A stretch of 64,000 nt of DNA from Octopus sinensis (GCF_006345805.1 NC_043011.1:11222001-11286000); one strand, 5' to 3'; shown: positions 38,670 to 51,721, numbered from the stretch's first letter. Numbers and translations are program-made. Notes: generated by a model not told the origin, from the letters alone.

Positions 38670-39065
38670 CATCATCATCATTATCATCATCATTTAACGT
38701 CCGCTTTCCATGCTAGCATGGGTTGGACGGTCCAACTGGGGTCTGGGAAGCCAGGAGGCTGCACCAGGCCCAATCTGTTCTGGCAGTGTTTCTACAGCTT
38801 GATGTCCTTCCTAACGTCAACCTCTCCGTGAGTGGAGTGGGTGCTTTTTACATGCCACCGGCACAGGTGCCAGACGAGGCTGGCAAATGGCCACAATCGG
38901 ATGGTGCATTTTACGTGCCACCGGCACAGAGGCCAGTCGGGGCCGCGCTGGCAACGGCCATGTTCGGATGGTTCTCTTACATGCCACATGCACTGGTATC
39001 ACAGTACAATTTCCATTGATTTTGATCGAGATTTCACTTGCCTCAACAGATCTTCGCAAGTAGAG
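38670..39065 (-). mobile_element. RTE 3'UTR-derived repeat
   Basis: Paralogous remnant at 61620-61950. Confidence 0.7.
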
Positions 39066-39571
39066 TTTATCTACATGTATATTCAGATAAACTGATCCAC
39101 CTCTGTTGGAGAGTGCTTGTATATAATATTAGATGGAATCATTCACACCCTAGTAGCTAACAGATGTATGGATTAGCCTACACTTTGGTGGCTATTGCGT
39201 GAGATCAAATGGAATAGTTCTCATTGAGGTAGGAGTATGTATTAAGATACAATGATCCACATTCTAGTCGATGTATATCAGTAGATGAAATGGTCGTCAT
39301 TGGTGTCTGCTGCATGTATGCATGGATGTAAAAAGAACTAATCTACTACTGTTTATCTATCTCTTGAACTCTCTATTTTCTAGCAAGCTGTATACCCTGC
39401 CTCTTTCCTTCCTTCCATCATTCCTTCACTTTTTATTTATGTTCAATCTTTTCACACACGTCTCACATATTCACACACCCATACATTAACACATATTGAA
39501 GAAAAATTCCAACAAGATTATGTGGATACCAGTATATAGGTTTTGAGATCAAATCCCCTCCAAATGTTTAA

Positions 39572-39791
39572 CCCTTTAGTGTTTAAACTGGCCATATCTG
39601 GCCCAGATATTCTACACGTTTTATATTCAAACTGGCAATATCTAGCCTCTCACACCTACCTGACAATATCATTTTAAATATAAACAATCACATCATTGAA
39701 ACCTCAAAGCTATAAGATAATGCATGATTAATTCAAAACAACTTGAGTGGAAAAGTATTACATTTAACAGAGTAATCTGAACACTAAAGGG
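39572..39791. mobile_element. piggyBac-type MITE
   Basis: TIR CCCTTTAGTGTT/AACACTAAAGGG, TTAA on both sides; empty TTAA at 62449-62452. Confidence 0.85.
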
Positions 39792-39996
39792 TTAATTGTA
39801 ATTATATGCAAGGCATCAAGCTGTGGTCCATGTAGCCATGGAGAGTAGGCATTAGATTACCTCAGAATGTTACATGCAACAAATGAGTGTTATCCCTCTA
39901 ATTTATGTTTTGTACCCTTGAGATATATTTATGATGTTACACACATGCACGCACACATCTACACTTTATATATATCTTACTCTGTTTCTTGTGCAG

Positions 39997-40078
39997 TGCT
40001 GTCTGTGCAGAGATCCCAAAGAAAGACCGTCTATTGAAGAAATTCTGCAGCATCCATATTTGAGTGAAATGACAATAG
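39997..40078 (+). CDS. TTK: TTK inner copy exon E10, subdomain XI
   Basis: CCLCRDPKERPSIEEILQHPYL. Confidence 0.95.
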
Positions 40079-41123
40079 GTATTTGAGATATTTTTCATCA
40101 CTACTTAAAATTATTGATAGTAACTTGTATAATGTGTGTAGATATAGTTGTTTTTGTTGATGTGTTACTGTGGTTATCCCTGCTTGAATAGGGCTCTGCT
40201 CTGTAAATCATTTAATTCTTAAAGCTCTGTAGTACTTCTCTATATAAAACTTCATGTCCTATTAGATACATTTTGCTGATACAATAATATAATAATAACT
40301 CTTCTGCTCTTCAGAGATATAAAATTTGAATTTTGTATAATATATCAAATGGTAGTTTTTTTTAAAATTTGAAGTAATATTATAAAATGGTGTTTGTTTA
40401 AAATATAAATTAAAATTTAAAAATTAAAATGTAATAATTAAAATTAAAATGTAAAATTTAAAATTTAAAAATTTAAATGTAAAAATTAAAATTTTTAAAT
40501 TACACCAATCAACTTAAGTAATTTAGTAAACAATATAATAATTGTTGGCATACATTGTGAATGTGGGCTTTACCTCTTATCATGTCACTTCTACCCGCCA
40601 AGGTAGATTGAATACATATAAGTGGATTAGTTGTGAGTATTTTAACATATATTTACAAGATATTGACTCATGGGTATTGATTTTCTATCTCAGAATTAAT
40701 TTTATGCTCCATTTAGTCTCTGTAACTTCAAAACTGTATGACTTTGATTAGAAAAAGTATTCAATGGTTTTGTAAGGCCCAACAGATTAAGTGTTGTTTG
40801 CTCTTATTAAAATAATTATGCTCTCCTCAGAAACCCTGCAGTATGCTAAGAATCTACATTTAAAACAGATCTGTAATTTTTTTTTAATCTTTACCACTCA
40901 CTAACAAAAGTACCAATACAACAAACAACTATATGATAGCTCCACTCCTGTTCAGAATCCCTTAGAAATAGCTCTCAGGCTAAAACAATGCAAACGCATT
41001 GTGACTAGCGATGTGTAGCAACATCTGATGGTCTGTTCGGTCACGTGATCACGTGATATATAAATATACTTAACATTTTCATTCTTATTGTTGTAACTTA
41101 CTTTAATGTTCCTTAAATTCTAG

Positions 41124-41227
41124 GAAACCTGAAGCCTGAAGAGAAACCACCTATACCAGATTCAGATTTACCTGTTGGTACTGTGAAAAATAAATTCCTG
41201 GCAAGTTTGGCTACTTCAAATGGGTAA
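41124..41227 (+). CDS. TTK: TTK inner copy exon E11, C-tail; ends at TAA 41225-41227 or splices at GTAAGT 41224
   Basis: TAG acceptor in phase with E10; NLKPEEKPPIPDSDLPVG... Confidence 0.6.
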
Positions 41228-43182
41228 GTATTTGATACTTTTGAATTGAAAATGGCCACGTTGCTAAGAGAGTGGACAGTTTGATTGTTTTTAGGTCATG
41301 TCTGCTGCAGGTATTTTGCTCTGTAACATTTCATTTAACATTGCTGAGATCAGTTAGCTATCAAGAATAAAAAGTACTAGATTACCTGGAGACATTACCA
41401 ACGATAAACTAATATCCTATCCACAAGGAAAATTGGTGACCCCGACGTGATTTCCTATAGGTGGTTTTAGGCTGCCATGAGCTTTCTCTTAAGTTATATT
41501 AATATTGTATATTCTCTAATTAGTTTTGTTACAGTAATGTAATGCTATTTATTGCGTTTCCTATTTGGAAATAGATTATTTTATTTGGCTTTTTAAGTAA
41601 GGGTGTATATAATGATTAAAACGTCACTTATAACTTAAGTGTTATCATTATACGCAAACCCGAACTTCAGTATATAACGCCATAGAGAAATATACTTATG
41701 GAACGCTAAGAATATTAGCGTCATGTATGTATAATATTATCTTCATGTTCATTTAACCGCTATAAGAAAATATAATCTAATGATTACAGAAATGAATATT
41801 TATTTATACACAGTTGAAAAACGTGAAGAGAAAACATTTTCTTAATTAGTTTTATTATATAAATATAACATTTTATATTATGTACATGTGAAAGAAAAGA
41901 TTATTTTCGTCGTGTAGAAGTAAGACTATATATATTCACTAGCTAATTCATAAAGCTAACTAATAGATGAATCAACAATTCAAAATAGACTTGTTGACTT
42001 TCCTTTGGACATGGCATGAAAAATCACCAATGTCTCAAAGGAGTGAGTGTCATGGAGTTTCATTACATCCAGTAAACACTAAAGTTTTTTCCAAAATCCA
42101 GGGTTTTTATAACTGCTCAACTTGACTTAAAAGAATCGAAATCCATTACAAATATTCTTTACGTAACTTTTTAGAATTCTTATATGAGCAGTTATATTAA
42201 CCAATTGAAAAAACGACCACAATAATTCTTCGGCAATGCGACATTACGTCATATTGCCAGCTACTGCAAATTGGCGCGTTATTTTAAAATGGCTAAAATG
42301 GCTACTTGCAACATATAGCCTTTGGCCAGAAAAATTGTTAAAATTTTGCGAAAAAGAAATTCGTAATACATATATATTTCAATACAACATTTGAATTAAT
42401 AGTTACAACACATCAATATATACAATGCTGTTATAAATTACATGTTAAACATATGAAATTAGCCTTTCAATACGGCTTTACAATTATAATGTTCATATAC
42501 AGTTCATTTCAGTTCATTGGAAAAAAAAAATCTCTTTTTCTTTTTTTTATACCTGTTTCTGTCTGTCCCACTCTAACCTTTCATCATCTGGCACAAGACC
42601 ACTTCCTTGAAAGCCCCCTTCTCTCTCAAATGATCTTTGTCTTGCAAGTTACTTGGTGGCCCTGCTAGAGCTGGTGCCATGTAAAATGCATCCATTGCAC
42701 TCTGTATAGTGGCTGGTGTTTACATTCAGCTGTAAAACCATTCTAAAACTGACCTCACCTGTGTTTGTGCCTCATAAAAGCACTCAGTCCACTCTGCTGG
42801 GTGGTTGGTGTTAGGAAGGGCATCCAGCTGTAAAAACCATGCCAAAACAGACACTGAAGCATGATACAGTCTTTTGCTTAGCCAGCTTCTGTCAAACCAT
42901 CTAACCCATGCCAGCATGGAAAGTGGGCATTAAATGATGATGTTGATGATAGTACAAGTGGAGTATTTTGGTTAGCCATATAGTAACAAAAGGTTTAAGA
43001 AGCTTGCTTTCAAATCATGTGGTTAGGGGTTTGATCCCACTGAGTAAATATTGTTCTACTATAGCCATGGAGCAACCAATAATTTGTGAGTGAAATTGGT
43101 TGTTAGAAACAAAAGAAGCCTGTTGTGTTTGTGTGTATTTCTCACTGCGTTCATGCAGTGGAAACACCTTTCTTCACCTGCA

Positions 43183-43345
43183 GGGAAGATGATGGCCTCA
43201 GTTTTGAGGGATGCAAAAGGCATTGTGTTTTTTGACTGTCTTCAAAAGGGCCACACCATCAATTGAGAGTACTATGCTAACTTACTGAGGCTGTTATGAA
43301 AGACTATCAAGACCAAATGCCCAAGAAAACTGATAAAAAAAGGTC
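43183..43345 (+). mobile_element. Mariner transposase fragment
   Basis: GKMMASVLRDAKGIVFFDCLQKGHTIN*EYYANLL. Confidence 0.75.
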
Positions 43346-43346
43346 T

Positions 43347-43665
43347 TACAGTTCTATATTTAAGAGATGAGGAATTATGTACATTATTTACATTTGACGG
43401 ATATTTGTCAAATGTTGGCATAGTGGTTGAGAGTGTGGGCTACTAACCCCAAGATTCCGAGTTCAATTCCAGGCTGTGACCTGAATAATAATAATAGTAG
43501 TAATAATAATAACATTGAAAAATACCTCAGGAATGAGAACCCAGGTTCAAAATTTCCCCAAGACACCTGATGAAGGCTGGAGGGTATATCAGCTGAAAGA
43601 TTGTGTTAATAACAAACAAGATGAGGACAAATATCTGTCAAATGTAAATAATGTAAATAATAATC
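43347..43665 (+). mobile_element. Inverted-ended element with tRNA-like head and degenerate hammerhead (43562-43607)
   Basis: ATTATTTACATTTGACGGATATTTGTC ... GACAAATATCTGTCAAATGTAAATAAT; GCATAGTGGTT/GAGTTCAATTCC boxes; GACAC-CTGATGA-A-GGCTG..CAGCT-GAAA..GTGTT. Confidence 0.55.
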
Positions 43666-44365
43666 AGGGCAATGGTTTCAATGACTAGATTAAATATCAG
43701 TAATATTAAAGGGATAAATTACATAACTGTAATATTACTATGTATTATCCTTACATAAGTGAACTCACCGTCATTTTAATAGATCAAAATTTAACTTAGT
43801 CTAATCTAAGTGTTCACCTTAAGCATAGTCATCATCTCCCAACTTGAAACAATCTGAACTACTTAATTGCAATAGAGATTCAGTCTGTGTGGTTCCTATT
43901 AAATTCATTGTATCAAGCAGGTTATGTTGAACCTTGTTCTAGGTGCAATAACAGTGGTTCCTTATTAAATGTTGTTTAAAATATTATAAATTCAATGCTC
44001 ATTGTCAGTGTAAAATCTTTATTGTTTTTATATATATTAGGTTGTTTGGAAATACTGATTTTTCGCAAACATGTTTTCAAATTTGATTTAAGTTGTTATT
44101 TTTGTAATGTTTTACATGAAATTTTACATGCTTAATAATTGATGTGTACTCATCATCATCATCATCATCATTTAATGTCTACCTTCCATGCTGGCTTGGG
44201 TTGGATAGTTTGATAGGAGCTAGCCAGACAGGAGCCTGCACCAGACTTCTGTGTCTGTCTTGGCAGGGATTTTTATGGCTGGATACCCTTCCTAACACCA
44301 ACCAACCAACCAACAGAGTGGACTGAGTGCTCTTTACGTGGCACAAGCACAGATAAAGTCAGTTT

Positions 44366-44612
44366 TACAATTTCAACCAATCATTGACGTCTATTGAGGT
44401 AAAAAAAAACATTCTGTGCCGTATGAATATGTCCCTCGTTTAAGAAACAGATTGGATTTATTTACATTTGTGAAGAAAAAAAGATACCCTTCCGTCCACC
44501 CCTAACCCTAACCCAGATTGAAATGCAATAGATCGATACCAGGGTCATAATTATGGGTGACAATTTCATATGACACCGCTAGAAAAAATTGCCGTTCAAA
44601 CCGAAAAGATCC
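44366..44612 (+). mobile_element. Right half of hAT-like MITE
   Basis: Right TIR followed by TTTTATAG (44613-44620), same as the left flank of 5570. Confidence 0.8.
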
Positions 44613-45589
44613 TTTTATAGTGACTATTAATGGCAGTGTTTACAACTGGATATAATTTTTAAAATTTTGGTAGTTTCAGAAGAGAGACAAGTTAAAATAT
44701 TTGACTTTTAAAGTAATTTATTGCAGTTTCTTGTCTCTGTTGCTTCATCATTTCTTGCACTTTGATCAAAGATCAACGTGCAGCTAAACTGGAATAATGA
44801 TGAAGATGTGATGATTTAGTCTGCAATACTGAAACAGCAGTGATGAAACTGAATTTTAGCAGAATATTGAAATAGCAGTGATTAAATGGAATTTTAGCAG
44901 AACCAACCCTGATTCCCTTGCGTATCATTTTCCACAAATGATATCTAATATAGTAATGTGTATCAACCACAAATATCTTACAAACCATAGAATTTTCTCA
45001 ATAAAGCCAAGAGAAAAAGATGTGTTATAAACACATTCTATCAGTATACGAAGTTTAAAATTTTTTAGGTACCTAGAAATTATGTTAAAAACTGCCATTC
45101 AAACCGAAAAGATCCCTAAATAGTTTGAAGAGGAGGGAAGTTACTGAAGTCTTCATAGAGCTGTTGTAGATGATGCTGAGCTTGAACTTGTGTAGGAAGA
45201 CACGTAAAGGAAATGTTTAAGCAGTTCATTCTTGAGGGTTGCAGTCACGATAGAAATGCCCAGGCAAATTATTTATTACAAGAAATAGGATTAATGAGAG
45301 GAACAGTGAATGTGGAGTGCTACTTGTTTGGTCAGAATACCAGCAACTGCTATAGTAGCAGTAGAAGCATTTGAGAGATAGCACCTTGTTATATGTGCAC
45401 TGTGATATTGAGAGTTAAGTATTTTTATCAGAGACTCGATACAAGCAGTATTCATTTACGTTTCAGTTGAATGTACCTGTTGTATCCACTCAAAAGTAAT
45501 AATAAAGCTCAATGATTGTTAGTTGTTTGTACAATCCCCTGTTCCTCAAAATAAAGATCATTGTATCTGTTTGAATAACACTTAAACAT

Positions 45590-46175
45590 TTAAACATCGA
45601 CTGGCCTCCATTCCGGTGGCATGTAACAAACACCATCCGATTGTGGCCGTTGCCAGCCAGGCCTGGCCTCCGTGCCGGTGGCATGTAAAAAGCACCATCT
45701 GAGCATGGCAATTTGCCAGCCTCATCTGCCACCTGTGTTGGTGGCACGTAAAAAGCACCATCCGATCGTGGCCGTTTGCCAGCCTGGCCTGGCCTCCGTG
45801 CCGGTGGCATGTAACAAACACCATCCGATCGTGGCTGTTGCCAGCCTGGCCTGGCCTCCGTGCTGGTGGCACATAAAAAGCACCATCCGAGCGTGGCCAT
45901 TTGCCAGCCTCATCTGCCACCTGTGTTGGTGGCACGTAAAAAGCACCATCCGATTGTGGTCGTTCGCCAGCCTCGTCTGGCACCTGTGTTGGTGGCATGT
46001 AAAAAGCACCCACAACACTCACGGAGTGGTTGGCGTTAGGAAGAGCATCCAGCCATAGAAACACTGCCAGATCAGATTGGGCCTGGTGCAGCCTTCGGGC
46101 TTCCCAGACCCCAGTTGAACCGTCCAACCCATGCAAGCATGGAAAGCGGATGTTAAACGATGATGATGATGATTT
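45590..46175 (+). mobile_element. RTE 3'UTR-derived repeat with ~6 tandem internal units
   Basis: Repeated GGTGGCACGTAAAAAGCACCATCCG units, (GAT)n tail. Confidence 0.75.
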
Positions 46176-46271
46176 AAAAATCGCACTGTTATGTAGCAGA
46201 TTGTAGCTTTTATTTATTGATGACTTATTTGGAGGAGCTTGTTTCTTTTATTGTGTTGTTATGTCTTTCAG

Positions 46272-46353
46272 TCCTGCTAGTATCGATGCAGTCATCACTC
46301 CGCAGGTAAAGGATACTGCTCCCTCTGCAACGAATCTTGTACAGTTAGAGAAG
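46272..46353 (+). CDS. TTK: TTK outer copy exon E4
   Basis: Identical to 10784-10865. Confidence 0.7.
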
Positions 46354-46466
46354 GTAGGTACTTTGGTTTTGTTATCAGCCACACCTCCTCTGGCATTCTG
46401 TGTGTTTGTAATCTGTGATATATCCATCCACTTGATATAGTAACATAACCTATTTTAATATTTCAG

Positions 46467-46541
46467 AAACTACGTTCTTTAATGGTCAACAATAAAGTGT
46501 ACACAGTTGTAAAGAAGGTTGGCAAAGGTGGAAGCAGTACA
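46467..46541 (+). CDS. TTK: TTK outer copy exon E5
   Basis: Identical to 10979-11053. Confidence 0.9.
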
Positions 46542-46711
46542 GTAAGTACTTATTTATTTTATCTATGTGTGCTCAGGTGTGGCTTTATGGTTAAGAAGCT
46601 TGTTTCCTAACTGTGTGGTCTGAGGCTTATCCTCATTGTACAGCACTTTATACAAGTGTCTTATAATATAGTGTGTGCATGTGCTCTTCTCTTCGCATCA
46701 TATGATGATTG

Positions 46712-47127
46712 GGATCTTTTCGGTTTGAACGGCAGTTTTTAACATAATTTCCAGGTAACTAAAATATTTTAAACTTCGTATACTGGTAGAATGTGTTTAT
46801 AAAACATCTTTTTCTCTTGGCTTTATTGAGAAAATTTTATAGTTTGTAAGATATTTGTTGTTTTTTTTCTTCAATTTCTTCAATTTCAACTGTCCATTGA
46901 GGTAAATAACATTCTGTGCCATATGAATATGTCCCTCATTTAAGAAACAGATTGGGTTTATTTACATTTGTGAAGAAAAAAGATACCCTTCCCCCCACCC
47001 CTAACCCTAACTAACCCTAACCCTAAAACAGATTGAAATGCAATAGATCGATACTAGGGTCATAATTATGGGTGACAATTTCATATGACGCCGCTAGTAA
47101 AAACTGCTGTTCAAACCGAAAAGATCT
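46712..47127 (+). mobile_element. Complete hAT-like MITE, ~415 bp
   Basis: ~29-bp TIRs, 8-bp TSD GATGATTG, internal CCCTAA repeats. Confidence 0.85.
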
Positions 47128-47477
47128 GATGATTGTAAATAAGCATCATTTACAAGTGATGCTGCTTGTTTCTAGTCATGGATTGAAAACATGTCCGGCT
47201 ATGGGAAAATATTGCCTTGCTTGGAAACAGGTGAGGGTTGATGACAGGAAAGCATCGAGCTGTAGAAAGCCTGCCTCAAATTCTGTATGATTCATGCAAG
47301 CATAGAAACATGGGCTAAATGATGATAAGGATGATGGGCAGGGACGTAGTTTCTGGGGATTGGATAAAGCCTTCAGTAAGGTTTTTTTAAGAGTTGAGGG
47401 CATATTAGAATGCCATTGGGATGATGAATAGAAAATAAAAAGAGAGGGAGGAATTACATAAAATACACACACTATTT

Positions 47478-47640
47478 AGGCGCAGGAGTGGCTGTGTGGT
47501 AAGTAGCTTGCTTACCAGCCACATGGTTCCGGGTTCAGTCCCACTGCTTGGCACCTTGGGCAAGTGTCTTCTACTATAGCCTCGGGCCGACCAAAGCCTT
47601 GTGAGTGGATTTGGTAGACGGAAACTGAAAGAAGCCCGTC

Positions 47641-47682
<42 letters not shown>

Positions 47683-47880
47683 GTGTATGTATGTGTGTCT
47701 GTGTTTGTCCCCCTAGCATTGCTTGACAACTGATACTGGTGTGTTTATGTCCCCGTCACTTAGCGGTTTGGCAAAAGAGGCCGATAGAATAAGTCCCGGG
47801 GTCGAGTTGCTCGACTAAAGGCGGTGCTCCAGCATGGCTGCAGTCAACTGACTGAAACAAGTAAAAGAGTAAAAGAGAGA
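47478..47880 (+). mobile_element. CORE-like tRNA SINE
   Basis: Full-length family member. Confidence 0.75.
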
Positions 47881-48512
47881 GTATTTGCTATTGTTAGCTA
47901 TGTACAACTTCTGCTGTAGTTGTTTGTTATGTACTAGATGCACACGAGTTGCTATTTGATAAAAAAGGTGTTATGCAATTGCACAATTCAGTTGTAAGTG
48001 AAAGGCAACAACAACTTTTACTCCAGTTCTCATATTAAAACAAATATTGAATCCCTGCTCTTTTCTTTCCCTCTTTTGTTGGTTTGGTATCTTGTATTGC
48101 ATTACCGGTTGTTTAACCCCCGGGTCAGTCCTGACTGAGCAAGCATAATCCACCCTGCTCCCGTTATGTTTGTACTCCTTTTATTCTTTTTTTCATCAAG
48201 CTGTAGTATTTATTTTTTTTCAAGATGGGTATGATTTAAGAGAAATTCACCTGCTACTTTTAGCAGGCATAGCACTTGTGTAGATGCTCTCCTGCAGTTC
48301 ACGTATTGCTAGTTGGCTCTGACTGTAGGAGTTGCAGTGAAATACCATTCACCTGTCAAAGAACACTTGTTTTCTTTGATATGATATGAAAGTGAATGGA
48401 ATTGAGATAAATCACATCTACTTTGCATGCCTTTTATTTTAGTTTTGTAAAGAAATATGTCTCTCTTATATGGAATAAAAGTAATAAACATTTTTAAAGA
48501 ATTTCATTTATG

Positions 48513-48890
48513 AGTGGCTGTGTGGTAAGTAGCTTGCTTACGAACCACATGGTTCCGGGTTCGGTCCCACTGCGTGGCACCTTGGGCAAGTGTCTTCTAC
48601 TATAGCCTCGGGCCGACCAAAGCTTTGTGAGTGGATTTGGTAGACGGAAACTGAAAGAAGCCCGTTGTATATATGTATGTGTGTGTGTCTGTGTTTGTCC
48701 CCCCAACATTGCTTGACAACCGATGCTGGTGTGTTTACGTCCCCGTCACTTAGCGGTTCGGTAAAAGAGACCGACAGATTAAGTACTAGGCTTACACAGA
48801 ATAAGTCCTGGGGTCGATTTGCTCGACTAAAGGCGGTGCTTCAGCATGGCCACAATCAAATGACTGAAACAAATAAAAGAGTAAAGAGTA
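48513..48890 (+). mobile_element. CORE-like tRNA SINE (3' remnant at 11380-11550 in the inner copy)
   Basis: Family member with a shared downstream flank. Confidence 0.75.
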
Positions 48891-49204
48891 TATGTCTGGT
48901 CCATCTGAGTATTCGCTCTTTATCTACTGTAATTACAATAACCCTTACTTTTCTGAACCTGCTAAAAGTGCTGACAGTTTGCAAGTTATTAGAATAAGTC
49001 ACATACTAAACAATATGGATTTTATTCCTACATTCCAGAGCTAAATTTACTCTGAAACTTTCTCAACTTAAAATTGATAATCAGGGCCTTGTTGATGAAA
49101 TCATAAAAGAAAACATTTTTTTTGTCGGAATTTAAAAGGAGAAAAGTCAACTGAATTTATATCAGTTTTTGTAATATTCATCTTATCCATCTCAACCCCC
49201 ACAG

Positions 49205-49359
49205 GTGTATGAAGTATTTGACCAGAGTGGAAATAGAATGGCAGTTAAGTGCATTACTTTTGGTGACGCTCACGCAGTTACCATAGGGAGCTACAAAAAG
49301 GAGGTGATTCTTCTGAAGCAGTTGCAGTACAGTGACCGAATCATCAAACTCTATGATTA
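49205..49359 (+). CDS. TTK: TTK outer copy exon E6
   Basis: One synonymous change relative to 11866-12020. Confidence 0.9.
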
Positions 49360-49953
49360 GTAAGTGATATATTCTACCGCTGCTGTGTCTTGATTGCGTA
49401 GTACATTGATATAAATGATATAACACACAAAGACGGCAAGCTGGCAGAAATGTTAGCACACCGGGCGAAATGCTTGGCAGCATTTCGTCTGCAGTTATGT
49501 TCTGAGTTCAAATTCCGCCGAGGTCGATTTTGCCTTTCATCCTTTCGGGGTCGATAAATTAAGTACCAGTTACGCACTGGGGTCGATGTAATCGACTTAA
49601 TCCGTTTGTCTGTCCTTGTTTGTCCCCTCTATGTTTAGCCCCTTGTGTGGGTAATAAAGAAACATATATTGTTGAATGATATATTAAATCTATAGATACT
49701 ATATTAATTATATAGTTAGTTTATATAATGGGTGTGTGTATATTTGAACCATTTCATATTTTTGATTCTAGTATTTATGGCTTGTACTAGCATTGTGTAT
49801 ATTAATTAACATTAAGGTTTTTAGTATTAATTGCTTAATGGGTATTAGACTTTATTTGGATGTTTATTAAATAAATATATTAATTAATAATTGGATTTAA
49901 TGTATATAGTTTAAAGTGTTGTATTTAGTTTTCATTTAATGTATATTTTGTAT

Positions 49954-50003
<50 letters not shown>

Positions 50004-50072
50004 AAAGAATATATTTATATTTTAAAAGTATATTTATTAATTAATTAATTATTTTATTATTGTAGTTATCTT

Positions 50073-50176
50073 TAACCTGATGAGTGGCTATATTTATATT
50101 GAAGTGATTTTAATACTACTACTAATATTTTTACTATAATCATTTCTTAAATATAGCCACGAAACACGTGTCGTTA
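50073..50176 (+). ncRNA. Hammerhead motif H3, paralogue of 33383-33486
   Basis: Same fold; stem III region ACACGTGT is a perfect palindrome; predicted cleavage after C50172. Confidence 0.85.
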
Positions 50177-50440
50177 TTCTACCAAATATTTACGTTTTAT
50201 TTATTATTTTGCACTTTACTTTATCATCGTTATATTTTTTATTTTATATTTAATCTTTCTATAATATGTAATTTTCTAGATGGTGTAATTTAATTTTTCA
50301 TTATTGAATTGATAAAAGGTGGTTTTTTCTAATTTATATATATATATATATTATATTTTGTGAAATTTGATTTAGTATTTCTAAATTGAATTTTTCCCTG
50401 TACGTTTGGAATTAGATTCCCTCATGTTATTATTATTATC

Positions 50441-51023
50441 AATAATAAATCTCTGGACGAGATGTAAACAGTAACTGCATGACAATGTGAGGTATACTAG
50501 CCATCCCAATATGGCTAACTACTAAGGGTGGGTGTTACTGTAGCTTGTAGCCCATGGAGAACATCGTCTCCAGCCGGCTTTAGGCACGCTTTCTGTACCC
50601 TTATGATATTTGCAAAGGGAGGTCATCCCTCCCTCGTCAACCTAAGTGATACGCACGGACTGCAGTTTCTAGGTATTGAACTGTTGTCGGCGTACAACAA
50701 TCACCGGTTTTCGATGAAGGGAGTCCCAATGCAAATCCTTATAACGTTTTTCCAGTAACTTTTCGTCACTGATCTCGAAAAACTGTATGCAAGCAATAAT
50801 AAATCTCTGAACGAGATGTAAACAGTTCAATACCTAGAAACTGCAGTCCGTGCGTATCACTTAGGTTGACGAGGGAGGGATGACCTCCCTTTGCAAATAC
50901 CATAAGGGCACAGAAAGTGTGCCTACAGCCAGCTGGAGACGGTGATCTCCTGGGGCTACAAGCTACAGTAACACCCACCCTTAGTGGTTAGCCATATTGA
51001 GATGGCTAGTATACCTCACATTA
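50441..51023. repeat. Fold-back insertion (arms about 50483-50695 and 50822-51023)
   Basis: Arms are reverse complements; absent at the paralogous site near 33745. Confidence 0.75.
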
Positions 51024-51721
51024 TTATTAGTATTATATATATATATATATATAAATCCATTATTAGCAGTGGAAGTAATGTTGGTTCTGAATAGCTTTCA
51101 GTATGTTGTACTTAACATTGATATACTATTGAAAGCCACAAAACTGCAATATTAATCTTGAGTAAGCTTCTGTTATTGAGCTGTAGTGCTAAATAGCACA
51201 GAAGTATATCTGAAGCAGATGTAAAGCATTCACCAGCTGTGGTAGAATTGCTAAGTCATGATTTTTGTGTCTTCACACATCATCAGTAGCAAATATCTAT
51301 TACCAATTACTTGCTTAAACAAGTTTCATTTCTACTCATATATATTTCTTTACTGCCCACAAGGGGCTAAACACAGAGGGGACAAACAAGGACAGACAAA
51401 CGGATTAAGTCGATTACATCGACCCTAGTGCGTAATTGGTACTTATTTAATCGACCCCGAAAGGATGAAAGGCAAAGTCGACCTCGGCGGAATTTGAACT
51501 CAGAACGTAACGGCAGATGAAATACTGCTAAGCATTTTGCCCGGCGCGCTAACGTTTCTACCAGCTCACCGCCTTTCACTTCTACTGATATAGTAAAACA
51601 GTGATGACAAATCTGGTGTTACAAAAATTTGTTATTGACAGTAGAAACAATATTTGTTCATAGTCTTATTCTGTATGTCTTGCTTAATGTGAATATCTTA
51701 TTGAAAGCCACAAAACTGCAA

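Noticed and set aside
41295-41370. Candidate short terminal exon after E11
   Set aside because: It is frame-compatible, but there is no homology or other evidence to prefer it over the in-place stop at 41225.
43418-43480. tRNA gene
   Set aside because: Only A/B-box-like remnants with no full cloverleaf; treated as a SINE head.
45660-46000. Regular ~60-bp repeats resembling a CRISPR array
   Set aside because: Eukaryotic context, no unique spacers; this is the VNTR of the RTE 3'UTR.
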